In this document: positions 18,402 through 28,363 of the stretch, one piece after another
Numbering within the stretch: the first letter of the stretch is position 1
Layout: each line of letters begins with the position of its first letter
Source: Verrucomicrobiota bacterium
GTDB taxonomy: Bacteria; Verrucomicrobiota; Verrucomicrobiia; Limisphaerales; UBA11358
DNA length: 45,366 bases
Direction: 5' to 3'
NCBI GenBank assembly: GCA_050011235.1
Contig: JBEKJN010000001.1
Location: 1-45,366 of the forward strand
Notes under the pieces: generated by a model
Told to the model about the DNA's origin: nothing
The model's input: only the letters and a program-made list of their open reading frames with translations
The model's database searches: none
Program-made: the position numbers and the translations under genes

Positions 18402-20039
18402 ATGGCAGCAAAACAATTATTGTTTGATGAGGCCGCGCGGCAGGCGATTTTGCGCGGCGTCCAGAAGCTCTCCAAGGCGGTCGTCGCCACGCTCGGCCCC
18501 AAGGGCCGCAACGTGGTCATTGACAAGAAATACGGGTCACCCACCGTCACCAAGGACGGCGTGACCGTGGCCAAGGAAATCGAACTGGAAGACGCTTACG
18601 AAAACATGGGCGCCCAGATGGTCCGCGAAGTCGCGAGCAAAACCAGCGACACCGCCGGAGACGGCACCACCACCGCGACCGTGCTGGCCGAATCCATTTA
18701 TCGCGAAGGCCTCAAGTTCGTCACGTCCGGCGCGAACCCCATCGGCATCCAGCGCGGCATTCAAAAGGCCGTGGAAGCCGCCGTGTCGCACCTCGATAAA
18801 ATCACCAAAAAGGTGAAGGACAAGGACGAAATCCGCCAGGTCGCCGCGGTGTCGGCCAACTGGGATTTTGAAATCGCCGACAAAATCGCCGAGGCAATGG
18901 ACAAGGTCGGCAAGGACGGCACCATCACCGTCGAGGAAGCAAAGTCCATTGAGACAACGCTTGAAGTGGTCGAAGGCATGCAGTTCGACAAGGGCTATTT
19001 GTCGCCTTATTTCGTCACGAACGCCGAGACGATGGAAGCGAAGCTCGAAGACGCCTACATCCTCAATTACGAAAAGAAAATCAGCAGCCTGAAGGACTTG
19101 TTGCCGTTGCTCGAAAAGGCCGCGCGCTCGGGCAAGCCGCTGCTCATCATTGCCGAAGAAGTCGAAGGCGAAGCGCTCGCGACGCTGGTCGTGAACAAGC
19201 TGCGCGGCACGTTGAACGTCTGCGCCGTGAAGGCCCCGGGCTTCGGCGATCGCCGCAAGTCCATGCTCGAAGACATCGCCGTCCTCACCGGGGGCAAGTT
19301 CATCAGTGAAGACCTCGGCATCAAGCTGGAGAGCATTGAACTGACCGACCTCGGCCGTGCGAAATCAATCGTCATCGACAAGGAAAACACCACCATCGTC
19401 GAAGGCGGCGGCAAATCATCCGACATCCAGGGCCGCGTGAATCAAATCCGCCGGCAGATTGAGGAGACGACGAGTGATTACGACCGCGAGAAATTGCAGG
19501 AACGCCTGGCGAAACTCGCCGGCGGCGTGGCCGTCATCAATGTCGGCGCCGCGACCGAGACCGAAATGAAGGAAAAGAAGGCGCGCGTCGAGGACGCGTT
19601 GCACGCAACCCGCGCGGCCGTCGAGGAAGGCATCGTGGCCGGCGGTGGCGTGGCGTTGATCCGTTGCCTGCCCGCGATTGAATCGGTCAGGGGCGCGAAT
19701 GAAGACGAAAAGATTGGCGTGGACATTGTGAAACGTGCCGTTGAATCGCCGACCCGCGCACTGGCAGCCAACGCCGGTGTCGAAGGTTCGGTAGTCGTCG
19801 AAGAAGTCAAGAAGCGCAAGGGCAACGAAGGTTACAACGTGGCCACCGGCGAATACGAAGACCTCGTGAAAGCCGGCATTGTGGACCCGAAGAAGGTCAC
19901 GCGCACCGCGCTGCAAAACGCCGGTTCGATAGCCGGTCTGCTGCTCACGACCGAATGCCTGATTGCCGACATTCCTGAAAAGGAAAAGCCGGCTCCGATG
20001 CCCGGTGGCGGCGGCGGCATGGGCGGCATGGATTACTAA
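18402..20039 (+). CDS. groEL: chaperonin GroEL
   Basis: 545 aa with [24 protein letters not shown] and a C-terminal [10 protein letters not shown] tail. Confidence 0.97.
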   Translation: MAAKQLLFDEAARQAILRGVQKLSKAVVATLGPKGRNVVIDKKYGSPTVTKDGVTVAKEIELEDAYENMGAQMVREVASKTSDTAGDGTTTATVLAESIYREGLKFVTSGANPIGIQRGIQKAVEAAVSHLDKITKKVKDKDEIRQVAAVSANWDFEIADKIAEAMDKVGKDGTITVEEAKSIETTLEVVEGMQFDKGYLSPYFVTNAETMEAKLEDAYILNYEKKISSLKDLLPLLEKAARSGKPLLIIAEEVEGEALATLVVNKLRGTLNVCAVKAPGFGDRRKSMLEDIAVLTGGKFISEDLGIKLESIELTDLGRAKSIVIDKENTTIVEGGGKSSDIQGRVNQIRRQIEETTSDYDREKLQERLAKLAGGVAVINVGAATETEMKEKKARVEDALHATRAAVEEGIVAGGGVALIRCLPAIESVRGANEDEKIGVDIVKRAVESPTRALAANAGVEGSVVVEEVKKRKGNEGYNVATGEYEDLVKAGIVDPKKVTRTALQNAGSIAGLLLTTECLIADIPEKEKPAPMPGGGGGMGGMDY

Positions 20040-20082
20040 AATTGTAGCGGCGGTCTGCGACCGTCGCCAAGATCGCAAGCGG

Positions 20083-20112
20083 GGCTGGAAGCAATTCCAG
20101 CCTCGTTTTTGT
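20083..20112 (+). terminator. intrinsic terminator after groEL
   Basis: Stem ggctggaa (20083-20090) pairs with ttccagcc (20095-20102), followed by tcgtttttgtt. Confidence 0.75.
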
Positions 20113-20124
20113 TCCCAGAGCTTT

Positions 20125-20796
20125 TTAATTGAGCAAATCTTTTAGCCAATCGTTCTTTCCGACTTCTTCAACTTTGAACATTTGATCGGACAAATTTAGA
20201 ATCCGGCGACAAAGAGTTCGGATAAATTCAACTTTTTCGCCTGTCTTGCTGTGTGTTAGCACAAAGTAGCCTGAATTCCCGATTGGCTGATGAGAATAAA
20301 TCTTTTCACTAGAGCCACTCCAATATCTGTAATCAGTGTTTGGATTTTTAGAAACGAGCATGCGTCGGTTGACTTTGAACCCGCGCAATTTTTCCAAAAT
20401 TTCAACGCCCTTAATTGCAGAAAGCCGCGCTAAAAATTTAGCCAATGTATCAGAAGCTTTATGTTCACAGAAAACTTCGGTTTTACGCGAGTTTCCAAAA
20501 AATGAGCCGTCGATTTCAATTCGTATCTTTTTTTGCTCCTGCCGACCACTTTGCTGAGTTAAGGTTTGGGGATTCGAGTTTTCAGCGGTTGTCGTTTTTC
20601 TGTCGTTTTGGTTTAGTGTCTTTAGCAAATTTTCGATGCGCGTTGCCTCTTGTTCAATCTCGTCAATCTGCATTTGCATCTGCTGGAGCTTGGCCGGGAT
20701 TGGGCCTAGACGGGCAATTGTTGCTGAATCGTTTAGCAACGGATTTTTAATCAACTTCATCGCCTCTCGGCCTAATTGTAACAGTTTTTGTTTCAT
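20125..20796 (-). CDS. hypothetical protein in a low-GC islet (N-terminal coiled coil)
   Basis: 223-aa ORF with strongly AT-shifted codon usage relative to its neighbours. No domain recognised. Confidence 0.6.
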   Translation of the reverse strand: MKQKLLQLGREAMKLIKNPLLNDSATIARLGPIPAKLQQMQMQIDEIEQEATRIENLLKTLNQNDRKTTTAENSNPQTLTQQSGRQEQKKIRIEIDGSFFGNSRKTEVFCEHKASDTLAKFLARLSAIKGVEILEKLRGFKVNRRMLVSKNPNTDYRYWSGSSEKIYSHQPIGNSGYFVLTHSKTGEKVEFIRTLCRRILNLSDQMFKVEEVGKNDWLKDLLN

Positions 20797-20864
20797 GGTT
20801 TAAAGTTATAGTTATTTAGTTACTTTGTCAAGCGGTTTTTTAGGGCGTTGACAGAATTTTTACG

Positions 20865-21131
20865 TTGGCGCATTTTTCTGACGTGCAATCGTTGCAGGAA
20901 ATCGAGGAAGCCATTGCCAAGTTGCCGGCCAAAGCACGCCGCCAACTGGTGCAGGATATTCCAGGGCTGTGTCCTGACGTGTTCCCGGAAGGCGGCTGGG
21001 ACGCTATTCTTCGTGACGCCCTGCCTCGCCCCGCGCTGACCGCGTTGCTCGACAAACTAGATTCCGAGTATCGGCAAAAGCCTGAGAACTTTCTGACCTT
21101 GAACGAAAAATCCTTGCGGAGCAAAAAGTGA
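20865..21131 (+). CDS. putative antitoxin of a ParE/RelE-type toxin-antitoxin pair
   Basis: 88-aa ORF (TTG start) whose stop overlaps the toxin start (GTGA at 21128-21131). The call rests on position only. Confidence 0.5.
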   Translation: MAHFSDVQSLQEIEEAIAKLPAKARRQLVQDIPGLCPDVFPEGGWDAILRDALPRPALTALLDKLDSEYRQKPENFLTLNEKSLRSKK

Positions 21132-21394
21132 CTTCGCGCGGCACAGCCGATTTCTGGCGGTTGTACCACGCCCTTTCACCGAAAACGCGCTTGGCGGCTC
21201 GGAACGCATTCCGAAAATTTTTGAACAACCCGGCGCATCCTGGCTTGCAATTGGAACGCCTGCGTTCGGATGAACGTGCGTGGTCGGTTCGCGTCACGCA
21301 AAACTACCGTGCCATTGCCCGGCGTTACGGCGATGATTGGCTCTGGTTTTGGATCGGTTCGCACGAAGAATTTGACCGGCGTTTCCCGAAATAA
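21128..21394 (+). CDS. ParE/RelE-superfamily toxin (ParE-like)
   Basis: 88 aa with the pattern F.KFLNNPAHPGLQLERLRSDERAWSVRVTQNYRAIARRYGDDWLWFWIGSHEEFDRRF. This matches the small ParE-like toxin layout (NP.HPsL...l...wS.Rv...yRAi...WfWIG.H.eyD). Confidence 0.7.
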   Translation: MTSRGTADFWRLYHALSPKTRLAARNAFRKFLNNPAHPGLQLERLRSDERAWSVRVTQNYRAIARRYGDDWLWFWIGSHEEFDRRFPK

Positions 21395-21400
21395 AAAACC

Positions 21401-22087
21401 ATGATTCGCCGCGATTACATTTTGCGCCAGATCGAACAGTTTGTCGCAATGCTGGCGAAGATTGCCGGGCTCGCGAAGAATGAGCAATGGCTGGAGGCTT
21501 CGACTGTGACCGCCGGGGAATTTCAACGGCTGACGGGAGCGGACGCCGGGGAAGTGCTCCAAATGTCCGAGACGGAGTTGCTGGCCCGGTTGATTCAGGG
21601 TGAACCAGCCCACGTTGTCGAAGCCAAGGCCTTCATGCTGGCGACCCTGCTTAAAACGAATGGAGACCTCGTCGCCAGCGAGGGCCGACTGGAAGAGAGC
21701 CGCCAGTTTTACCTGAAAGGATTGCACCTGTTACTCGACACTTTCGGGCGCAGTGGAATCACCGAACGCCCGGACTTCGTGCCTGCCGTCGAAGCGTTCC
21801 TGACCGGCTTGCGCGACGTACCGCTGCCGGTAAAGACCAACGCGACGCTCATGCACCATTACGACCGAACCGGAGAATTCGCCAGGGCCGAGGACGCGTT
21901 GTTCGGCATGATGGACGCCGAACCGGACAAGGTTGAACTTTTGGACTTTGGCCGGTCGTTTTACCAGCGATTGCAGGGATTGGGTGACGACGCGCTGGCG
22001 GCGGGAAATCTGCCACGGGCCGAAGTGCAGGCCGGGCTTGCCGAATTGGACGCGCGCCAGGCCCGGCTCCGCCGGACAGCGGGGTGA
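21401..22087 (+). CDS. hypothetical protein (helical, TPR-like appearance)
   Basis: 228-aa ORF with host-like GC. No confident family. Confidence 0.55.
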   Translation: MIRRDYILRQIEQFVAMLAKIAGLAKNEQWLEASTVTAGEFQRLTGADAGEVLQMSETELLARLIQGEPAHVVEAKAFMLATLLKTNGDLVASEGRLEESRQFYLKGLHLLLDTFGRSGITERPDFVPAVEAFLTGLRDVPLPVKTNATLMHHYDRTGEFARAEDALFGMMDAEPDKVELLDFGRSFYQRLQGLGDDALAAGNLPRAEVQAGLAELDARQARLRRTAG

Positions 22088-22224
22088 TGCTCCCGTTGGT
22101 TCTTAATAATTGGCCTCACTGGTAGTGATACAGTTTAGTGGGGCAACGCTACTGACGAGCCGGCTCGCGTGTACGCTCGCCCCACCGAAAACGGCAAAAC
22201 ATACCCACAGTCTCACCACGTTGC

Positions 22225-22253
22225 TTGACCTTGTGCAAATTAAGCGTGAGAAT
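22225..22253 (+). promoter_or_regulatory. candidate sigma70-type promoter of ssrA
   Basis: TTGACC (22225-22230), a 17-nt spacer, then GAGAAT (22248-22253), 15 nt before the mature tmRNA 5' end. Confidence 0.4.
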
Positions 22254-22268
22254 GTGAAAGTTCGCTTT

Positions 22269-22621
22269 GGGGGCGTACCGGTTTCGATCCGGGAAATGCG
22301 CCAGAGGCGGCATGCCGAGGACGATGCGTTGGCCTCGTTAATCATCGCATCAAACAAAACAGCTAACGAACAATTAGCTCTCGCGGCCTAATAGTCCGCG
22401 ACGTTCGCCGGTGGACACCTGCTACGCCGGACGAACGCCATAGCAGGCATGGCGGAACGCGGAGACCGCGCGTGGTTCGCCGAGAAAATTACATGCGGAC
22501 TAGGCAGTGCGATTCGAGTCCGGACGCCATCGCACAGCAGAAAAAATTCTCCGGACTAAGCATGTAGTCGCGGCTGGTTTATTTGCCGGGGACGCGGGTT
22601 CAACTCCCGCCGCCTCCACCA
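22269..22621 (+). ncRNA. ssrA: tmRNA (SsrA), one-piece, 353 nt
   Basis: The 5' GGGGGCG pairs with the 3' CGCCUCC-ACCA (G3:U70). The T arm is GCGGG-UUCAACU-CCCGC. The tag ORF ends ...GCU AAC GAA CAA UUA GCU CUC GCG GCC UAA UAG (ANEQLALAA**). The possible resume codon is GCA at 22347. Confidence 0.93.
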
Positions 22622-22704
22622 TCCTTCGCCCGGAACGAATGTGACGAGCGAAAGATGGTGTCCTCCGCAGCCTTGAAGCATGATGGTTGTCATCATTCGA
22701 CATT

Positions 22705-25700
22705 ATGAAGATTGGATTTTTGTTGGTAGGTCATGGACTGGTTTTGGCTGCGATTGCGCTGGCGGAGTTACCTGCGCGCGGCGACACCAATCAATACGCC
22801 GGGAGCAATTGGGCCCTGGTGGATGCAAAAAAGGTGATGGTGGCGGCGGCAGAAATCACCCCGGCGAAATTCCCGGATTGTGACGAGGCGACCGTTGAAC
22901 AAAAGTCGGTCCGGGTCTATCAGGCGGATGGCACAGGGGAATGCCAGGATGAAACGTTCGTCAAGGTGCTCACGGAAAAGGGCAAGCGCGACAATCGCAC
23001 GCTGACGATGTATTTCATGCTACCTTACACGACGGTCGAAGTGCCCAAACTGGAGGTGATCAAACCCGACGGGGAAATGGTTCCGGTGAACGTGGCGGCG
23101 AATTCGAAGGAGTCCATTGATGACAGCCAGATGGCAATGAACATTTACGACCCGAACTTGCGGGTGTTGCGGGTGAACCTCCCGAGTTTGAACGTCGGTG
23201 ACGTGGTCCATTCAGTGGAACGCGAGACCATCGAGCGCCCGTACATTGCCGGTGAATATGCCGAAGAAAACGTTTTTGAAGGCGGAGGTTTCATCCGGCA
23301 CATCACTTACGAGGTTCAGGCGCCGGCCGATCGTCCGCTGAAGCGCATTGCGTTGCGGGACGAAGTGCCGGGAACGGTCACCGCTTCGACGCAACCAGGC
23401 ACCAATAACATGATCGTGTATCGCTGGGAGGTGAACAACGTGCCGCGCATGTTTGACGAGCCGTCCATGCCGCCTTACGAGATGGTGTTGCAGCGGCTCT
23501 TTGTGAGCACCATGCCGGATTGGGCGGCCGTCTCGAAATGGTACTGGAACCTCAGCCAGTCGCATCTGGACGCGACGACGCCGGAGATGAAGCAGACGGT
23601 GAAGGAACTCACCGCCGGGGCGAAGACGGACAAGATCAAGGCGTTGTTTTATTACGTGTCGAACAAAATCCGTTACATGGGCATTACGCCGGAAAAGGAC
23701 CGGCCGGGCTTCGAACCGCATGATGTGTGCATCACCTTCGACAAAAAATACGGCGTTTGTCGGGACAAGGCGGCCCTGCTGGTTTCGATGCTGCGCCTGG
23801 CTGGCTTGAATGCGTATCCGGTGCTCGTCAGTGTCGGGACCCACAAGGACGCCGAGGTGCCCGATCCGTTTTTCAATCACGCCATCGTGGGCGTTGAACT
23901 GGAGAAGGGTCAAATTGTGTTGATGGACCCGACCGACGAGAACACGCGAGAGCTGCTGCCGGCTTCCGATCGTAATCAAAGCTACCTGGTGGCCCGGCCC
24001 GACGGCGACACCGTCCGGCTAAGCCCGATTCAGCCGCCGGAGGAAAACATGATGCAGATAAAAACGACCGGGGTCTTGAATGCGGACGGCGTTATTGAAG
24101 CGAAGTCGGAATTATCGTTTCAGGGCATCAACGACGACGCATATCGGAATGCCTTTTCACACATGAAACCGGACGATGAGCGGCGGTTCTTCGAGCAGCG
24201 CCTCCAGCAGGCGGTGCCGGGCCTGCGGCTCAAGTCGCTTAAACTTGTGCCGGCCGACATGCGCGACGTGTCCACGGGCCTGCGGGCGGAACTGGAATTT
24301 TCGGTGGGGGGCATGACGGCGAACGGCGGCGGCGAGTCGGTCGTGAGCGTGCCATGGATTGGCAAGCGGCTGGGAGTTGTAAACTTCATCCTCGACGGCA
24401 CCGGCCTGGAGAAAAGGAAATACCCGCTTGAGACCGAGGTGACCTGCGGTGTGCAGGAGGACATAACGCTCAAACTCGCGGGCGGCTTCACCGGGGCGGC
24501 GTCGCTGCCGTCACCTTCATCGGTGGAGGACGATTGCGTGAGCTATCAACAGCACTTTGATACGAAGGAAGGTGCGCTTGAGTGCTCCCGGACGTTGAAA
24601 TTGAAAACGGTCGAGTTCAGGCCTGGTCAATATCTGGCCCTCAAACAGACCTTGAAGATGCTGGATAATGACGGGCGCAAGGCGCCGATCCTCGCCCTTG
24701 CTGGCAAGCCCGCTGCGAATGACCGGGCAATGGCCGGCAATTCTCCCGCGCCGCCGGTGGAATCCAACGCGCGGATTCTGGAGAGCCGGAAGGAACTCGA
24801 TGTGACCGGCCCACACACGGCGGTTTACCGGGTGAAATACTCAAAGCGCATCCTGACTTACAGCGGCAAGGTTCGGGAGGCCGAGGTAAAGATTGCCTAC
24901 AATCCCGCCTGCGAAGAGGCCCGGCTCGTCCACGCGGTCGTGACTTCTCCAACCGGCGAGCGTCAGGAAATTTCCAAGGACGAAATCAATGTGATGGACG
25001 AGGGTTGGAATGCGTCGGCGAAGCGATACACGGGCGGTCGGATACTGGTCGCGAGCCTGCCGGGCGTGGACGTCGGGTCCACCATCGAGGTTGAATATGA
25101 GGTCATCTCCACCAACAAGCCGTTCCTGGCTGGATTTGAGTCGTTCCAATTGCCGGATGATCTGGAGCAAAAAACGTTTACGTTGACCGCACCGGCTGAC
25201 GTCAAAGTTCAGCGGTTGGTCAGTGGTGTGCGGGGCATCGTTCGCGAGCAGCGCAAGAAGGATGGCAGCCGGCAGGAGTTTCAATGGCAGTCGGAAAAAG
25301 TTGCGGCTTTGCCGGCCGAAACTCAGCTTCCGCCGGAATGGGTTTACAGTGCCGGAGTGGGTTATTTTATCGGCAATGTGACGAACTACCTGAACGAATT
25401 GAACGAGACAATGCTGGAGCGGTCGCACCAATCCACCCAGGCGGCAGAATTGGCCCGGCAACTGACCGCGAAGGCGGAGAGTAAAATTGAAGCGGTAAAG
25501 GCCATCCGCGATTTTGTTGCCAAAGCCATCCGCGAGGCCGGACCGTCCTTTACCGACCTGCCGTTGAGTGAACTTTCCGATGCCGACACGACGTTGGCGG
25601 ATGGATACGGCCACGCGGCGGATCGCGCCATTCTGCTTCATGCGATGTTGAGCGCGGCGGGTTTTCAACCGGAGTTCGTGCTGGTCTCGGATTTGCCGGC

Positions 25701-26538
25701 GATCGCGGGCATCACGAACGTGGCGATGACGTTTCCTTTGCCCCGGTATTTCCAGACCCCCCTCGTCAAAATCACGCTGGATGGTGAGAACTATTATCTG
25801 AACGACACGGACCAATACGCGCAACTGGGTTCGACAAGCAGTGATGGTAAACTGGGCATCGCGCTTTCCAACCGGGCGTGGGAAGTCATCCACGCCACCA
25901 AACAGTGTGAGGACGGGAACAAGACCGTTTATACACTCTTGTTGGACAAGAGCGGCAGGACACGGATCGGGGTTTTGCGCTGGTATTACGGCGAGAATTA
26001 CAACGAAAAGCACCGGTTTTTCTCCGAACTGCCGCCTGAGGAGCGGAAACGGTATTTTCAGGAAACCGTCTCCGAGGTGACTCAAGGTGCGCGGCCAGTG
26101 GGCGATTTGACAACCACGTTTGACACCTATCCGGGCCGTGAACAGTTCTCGGTGATCATTGACAACTACGGCGTCACGGTGGGCAAATACCTTTACTTCA
26201 ATCTGCCCTTTACTCCGTCACTGATCCCGGCCGGGGCCGACCAACGCGCGCTGCCGTTGTTGATTTCGCACGGTGGCAAAAACACCGTCCGCACCGAGAT
26301 TGAGCTGCCTTCGGAATTTCGCCGGATTGTGGTGGCGCCCAAGAGCGAAGACCTCACCGTGGCCGGGGACGAAAGGGCGCACATTACCGCAAGGAAAACG
26401 TTCAGCGGATACGTTGTCAACGATGAGGTTGAAACCACACCGGCCATCATCAGTCCTGACAATTACCAGGCGATGCTGAAGGTCGAATCCGCCTTGAGCC
26501 GGAAGTCGTCGAAGGTATTTCTTTTGGAAGAGCAATGA
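22705..26538 (+). CDS. large secreted protein with two DUF3857-like/transglutaminase-like modules
   Basis: Signal peptide MKIGFLLVGHGLVLAAIALA. The first module has a transglutaminase core (YGVCRDKAALLVSMLRLAG...HAIVGV...MDPTD). The second module repeats the architecture, but the Cys position reads YGHAADRA. Confidence 0.85.
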   Translation: MKIGFLLVGHGLVLAAIALAELPARGDTNQYAGSNWALVDAKKVMVAAAEITPAKFPDCDEATVEQKSVRVYQADGTGECQDETFVKVLTEKGKRDNRTLTMYFMLPYTTVEVPKLEVIKPDGEMVPVNVAANSKESIDDSQMAMNIYDPNLRVLRVNLPSLNVGDVVHSVERETIERPYIAGEYAEENVFEGGGFIRHITYEVQAPADRPLKRIALRDEVPGTVTASTQPGTNNMIVYRWEVNNVPRMFDEPSMPPYEMVLQRLFVSTMPDWAAVSKWYWNLSQSHLDATTPEMKQTVKELTAGAKTDKIKALFYYVSNKIRYMGITPEKDRPGFEPHDVCITFDKKYGVCRDKAALLVSMLRLAGLNAYPVLVSVGTHKDAEVPDPFFNHAIVGVELEKGQIVLMDPTDENTRELLPASDRNQSYLVARPDGDTVRLSPIQPPEENMMQIKTTGVLNADGVIEAKSELSFQGINDDAYRNAFSHMKPDDERRFFEQRLQQAVPGLRLKSLKLVPADMRDVSTGLRAELEFSVGGMTANGGGESVVSVPWIGKRLGVVNFILDGTGLEKRKYPLETEVTCGVQEDITLKLAGGFTGAASLPSPSSVEDDCVSYQQHFDTKEGALECSRTLKLKTVEFRPGQYLALKQTLKMLDNDGRKAPILALAGKPAANDRAMAGNSPAPPVESNARILESRKELDVTGPHTAVYRVKYSKRILTYSGKVREAEVKIAYNPACEEARLVHAVVTSPTGERQEISKDEINVMDEGWNASAKRYTGGRILVASLPGVDVGSTIEVEYEVISTNKPFLAGFESFQLPDDLEQKTFTLTAPADVKVQRLVSGVRGIVREQRKKDGSRQEFQWQSEKVAALPAETQLPPEWVYSAGVGYFIGNVTNYLNELNETMLERSHQSTQAAELARQLTAKAESKIEAVKAIRDFVAKAIREAGPSFTDLPLSELSDADTTLADGYGHAADRAILLHAMLSAAGFQPEFVLVSDLPAIAGITNVAMTFPLPRYFQTPLVKITLDGENYYLNDTDQYAQLGSTSSDGKLGIALSNRAWEVIHATKQCEDGNKTVYTLLLDKSGRTRIGVLRWYYGENYNEKHRFFSELPPEERKRYFQETVSEVTQGARPVGDLTTTFDTYPGREQFSVIIDNYGVTVGKYLYFNLPFTPSLIPAGADQRALPLLISHGGKNTVRTEIELPSEFRRIVVAPKSEDLTVAGDERAHITARKTFSGYVVNDEVETTPAIISPDNYQAMLKVESALSRKSSKVFLLEEQ

Positions 26539-26552
26539 AATTTCCGCCGGCT

Positions 26553-27440
26553 TCAGCAGACGACGCGCGCCCGTTCGCGCTCGACTGAAAACACCGCGGG
26601 CAAATGGCCGATCCACTCGCCGTCCAATTCGAAGGCGGTCGTTGTCTCACCCGCCAATTCAAATGATTGGGCGCGAAAACGGCGCACGAGGCTTTCCGGC
26701 AATTTTCGCCGCACCAGCAAACCCGGTGCGCAACGGAGCAGCGTCAGCCAGTTGACGCGTGGGAAAACGCAAACGTCCAGCAGCCCGTCGCACATGTTGG
26801 CTTGGGGGAAAATATCAAACGGCCCGCCGTAAAAACGCCCGTTGCCAACCAGAACGAGTTCACCCGCGAGATTTTGTCCGTCCGCGCGCGCGATGATTTT
26901 AGTTTTTGGCTCGGACAGCGCTTTCAATCCGGCAAAGACATAGACCAGCGGGCCGGTCTTTTTTTTGAGCGACCAGTCCACCAGTGCGATCGCCCGCGCG
27001 TCCAGGCCTGCACCCGCGAGTTGAACGAAATATCTCTTTTGCCGGACACCATTCGCCGAAAATTCCGCGCGCGGCAGGTCAATGCGCGTTTCACGTCCCT
27101 GCCGCAACGTTTCCCAGGCGCGCCCGATGTGCAGCGGGATTTTGAGCTCGTGCGCGAACACATTCACGGTGCCCAGTGGCAACACGCCCAGGCACGCCCG
27201 CGCAAAACCGTCCGGTGCGTCACCGAGGCCATTGAGCACTTCGTTGACCGTGCCATCGCCGCCGGCGGCCACGATGAGTTCGAAACCGTCGGCCACCGCC
27301 TCTGCGGCAAGCCGGCGCGCGTCGTTGGGCGCGGTCGTGGCCTTCAACGCGCATTGCGAGCCAATGGCGTCGAGCTGATGGCGAAAGCGCCGGGCTTTTT
27401 CGCCGCGGGCCGCCGGATTGAAAATCACACAGGTGCGCAC
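26553..27440 (-). CDS. diacylglycerol/lipid kinase family protein (YegS/BmrU-like)
   Basis: Motifs VIFNPAARGEKA and LIVAAGGDGTVNEVLNGL (DAGK catalytic domain signature). Confidence 0.88.
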   Translation of the reverse strand: MRTCVIFNPAARGEKARRFRHQLDAIGSQCALKATTAPNDARRLAAEAVADGFELIVAAGGDGTVNEVLNGLGDAPDGFARACLGVLPLGTVNVFAHELKIPLHIGRAWETLRQGRETRIDLPRAEFSANGVRQKRYFVQLAGAGLDARAIALVDWSLKKKTGPLVYVFAGLKALSEPKTKIIARADGQNLAGELVLVGNGRFYGGPFDIFPQANMCDGLLDVCVFPRVNWLTLLRCAPGLLVRRKLPESLVRRFRAQSFELAGETTTAFELDGEWIGHLPAVFSVERERARVVC

Positions 27441-27493
27441 ACACCGAATGATTTTAACGGCGGGCGCGGTTAGTCGAGCAGAAAGCGCGGCGT

Positions 27494-28363
27494 TTGCTTG
27501 CGTTCACGGCGCGTTTCCCCGAAACTGACACTGTGAGCGGAGCAAAAAACTGGAAAATTCCGAAGTGGCCATTTCTGCTCGGCGACGCGCTGCTGCTGGG
27601 GTTCGCATTTTTTATCATTTGGAAATCACCGCACCCGATTTCCCAATGGGAAACCATCACGTGCCTTGCCTCCGCTGCGGTTGGCGCGCTGCTCGGGGTC
27701 GCGCCTTTCGTTCTTGATTATCGGGCCGTTCTCAGGCTCGTGGATGTTAACGCCCTCGGCGAAGTTGCGGGTAAAATTCAGGATCTTGAGCGCCTCGCTG
27801 CCCAAATTGGTTCCGCAACCAACGAGTGGACGAACGTCCAGACGCAGGCCGAGAAAATTTCCACCGGCGCAAAGGAAATCGCCGACCGGATGGGGGAGGA
27901 AGTCCGCCAATTCTCCGAGTTCATGCAAAAAATGAACGACAGCGAGAAGGCCGCGCTCCGGCTCGAAGTCGAGAAGTTCCACCGCGGCGAAGCTGAGTGG
28001 CTGCAAGTGCTGGTGCGCATCCTCGACCATATTTTCGCGCTGCATGCCGCCGCCGTCCATTCCAACCAGCCGCAGGTCGCCGAGCAAATCACGCAATTCC
28101 AAAACGCCTGCTGCGGCGTCGCGCGCCGCGTCGGCGTGACGCCCTTCGTGGCCGAACCGGATGAGCCGTTCAACCCCGACCGCCATCAAGCCCTGGATGC
28201 GAAATCAAAACCGCCGGCAGATGCGGCCGTCGCGGAAACGGTCGGCGCGGGGTACACGTTCCAAGGAAGACTGTTGCGCCCCGCCCTTGTCCGGCTCAAG
28301 GAAAACGGCACGGGAAAGTCCGACGAGAATCAATTACCGCTCGAAGCCACTGAATCCACCTGA
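27494..28363 (+). CDS. membrane-anchored protein with a C-terminal GrpE-like domain
   Basis: Two N-terminal TM segments, a coiled-coil middle and a GrpE-type C-terminus (GV.PF.AEPDEPFNPDRHQAL......VAETVGAGYTFQGRLLRPALVRL). Confidence 0.65.
   Translation: MLAFTARFPETDTVSGAKNWKIPKWPFLLGDALLLGFAFFIIWKSPHPISQWETITCLASAAVGALLGVAPFVLDYRAVLRLVDVNALGEVAGKIQDLERLAAQIGSATNEWTNVQTQAEKISTGAKEIADRMGEEVRQFSEFMQKMNDSEKAALRLEVEKFHRGEAEWLQVLVRILDHIFALHAAAVHSNQPQVAEQITQFQNACCGVARRVGVTPFVAEPDEPFNPDRHQALDAKSKPPADAAVAETVGAGYTFQGRLLRPALVRLKENGTGKSDENQLPLEATEST

Noticed and set aside
22617-22661. A 13-bp imperfect inverted repeat (caccatccttcgc / gcgaaagatggtg) involving the 3' CCA end of ssrA, considered as a terminator.
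   Set aside because: It has one mismatch, a 19-nt loop and no following U tract. It may be a precursor 3'-trailer pairing, but I cannot support a terminator call.
22110-22703. ORFs at 22110..22391 (+), 22103..22357 (-) and 22500..22703 (-) in the ssrA region.
   Set aside because: They overlap the tmRNA gene. The + strand ORF simply contains the tag reading frame (..ANEQLALAA), which is not a conventional CDS.
22622-22704. A genomic island or integrase at the 3' end of ssrA, a classic integration hotspot.
   Set aside because: There is no integrase gene and no duplicated ssrA 3' segment downstream. The next gene starts 84 nt later and has host-like composition.
24841-26085. 414-aa minus-strand ORF inside the transglutaminase-like gene. 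The ORF at 23212..23979 is a similar case.
   Set aside because: They are antisense to a long continuous + strand ORF with recognisable motifs, and their composition is Arg-rich.
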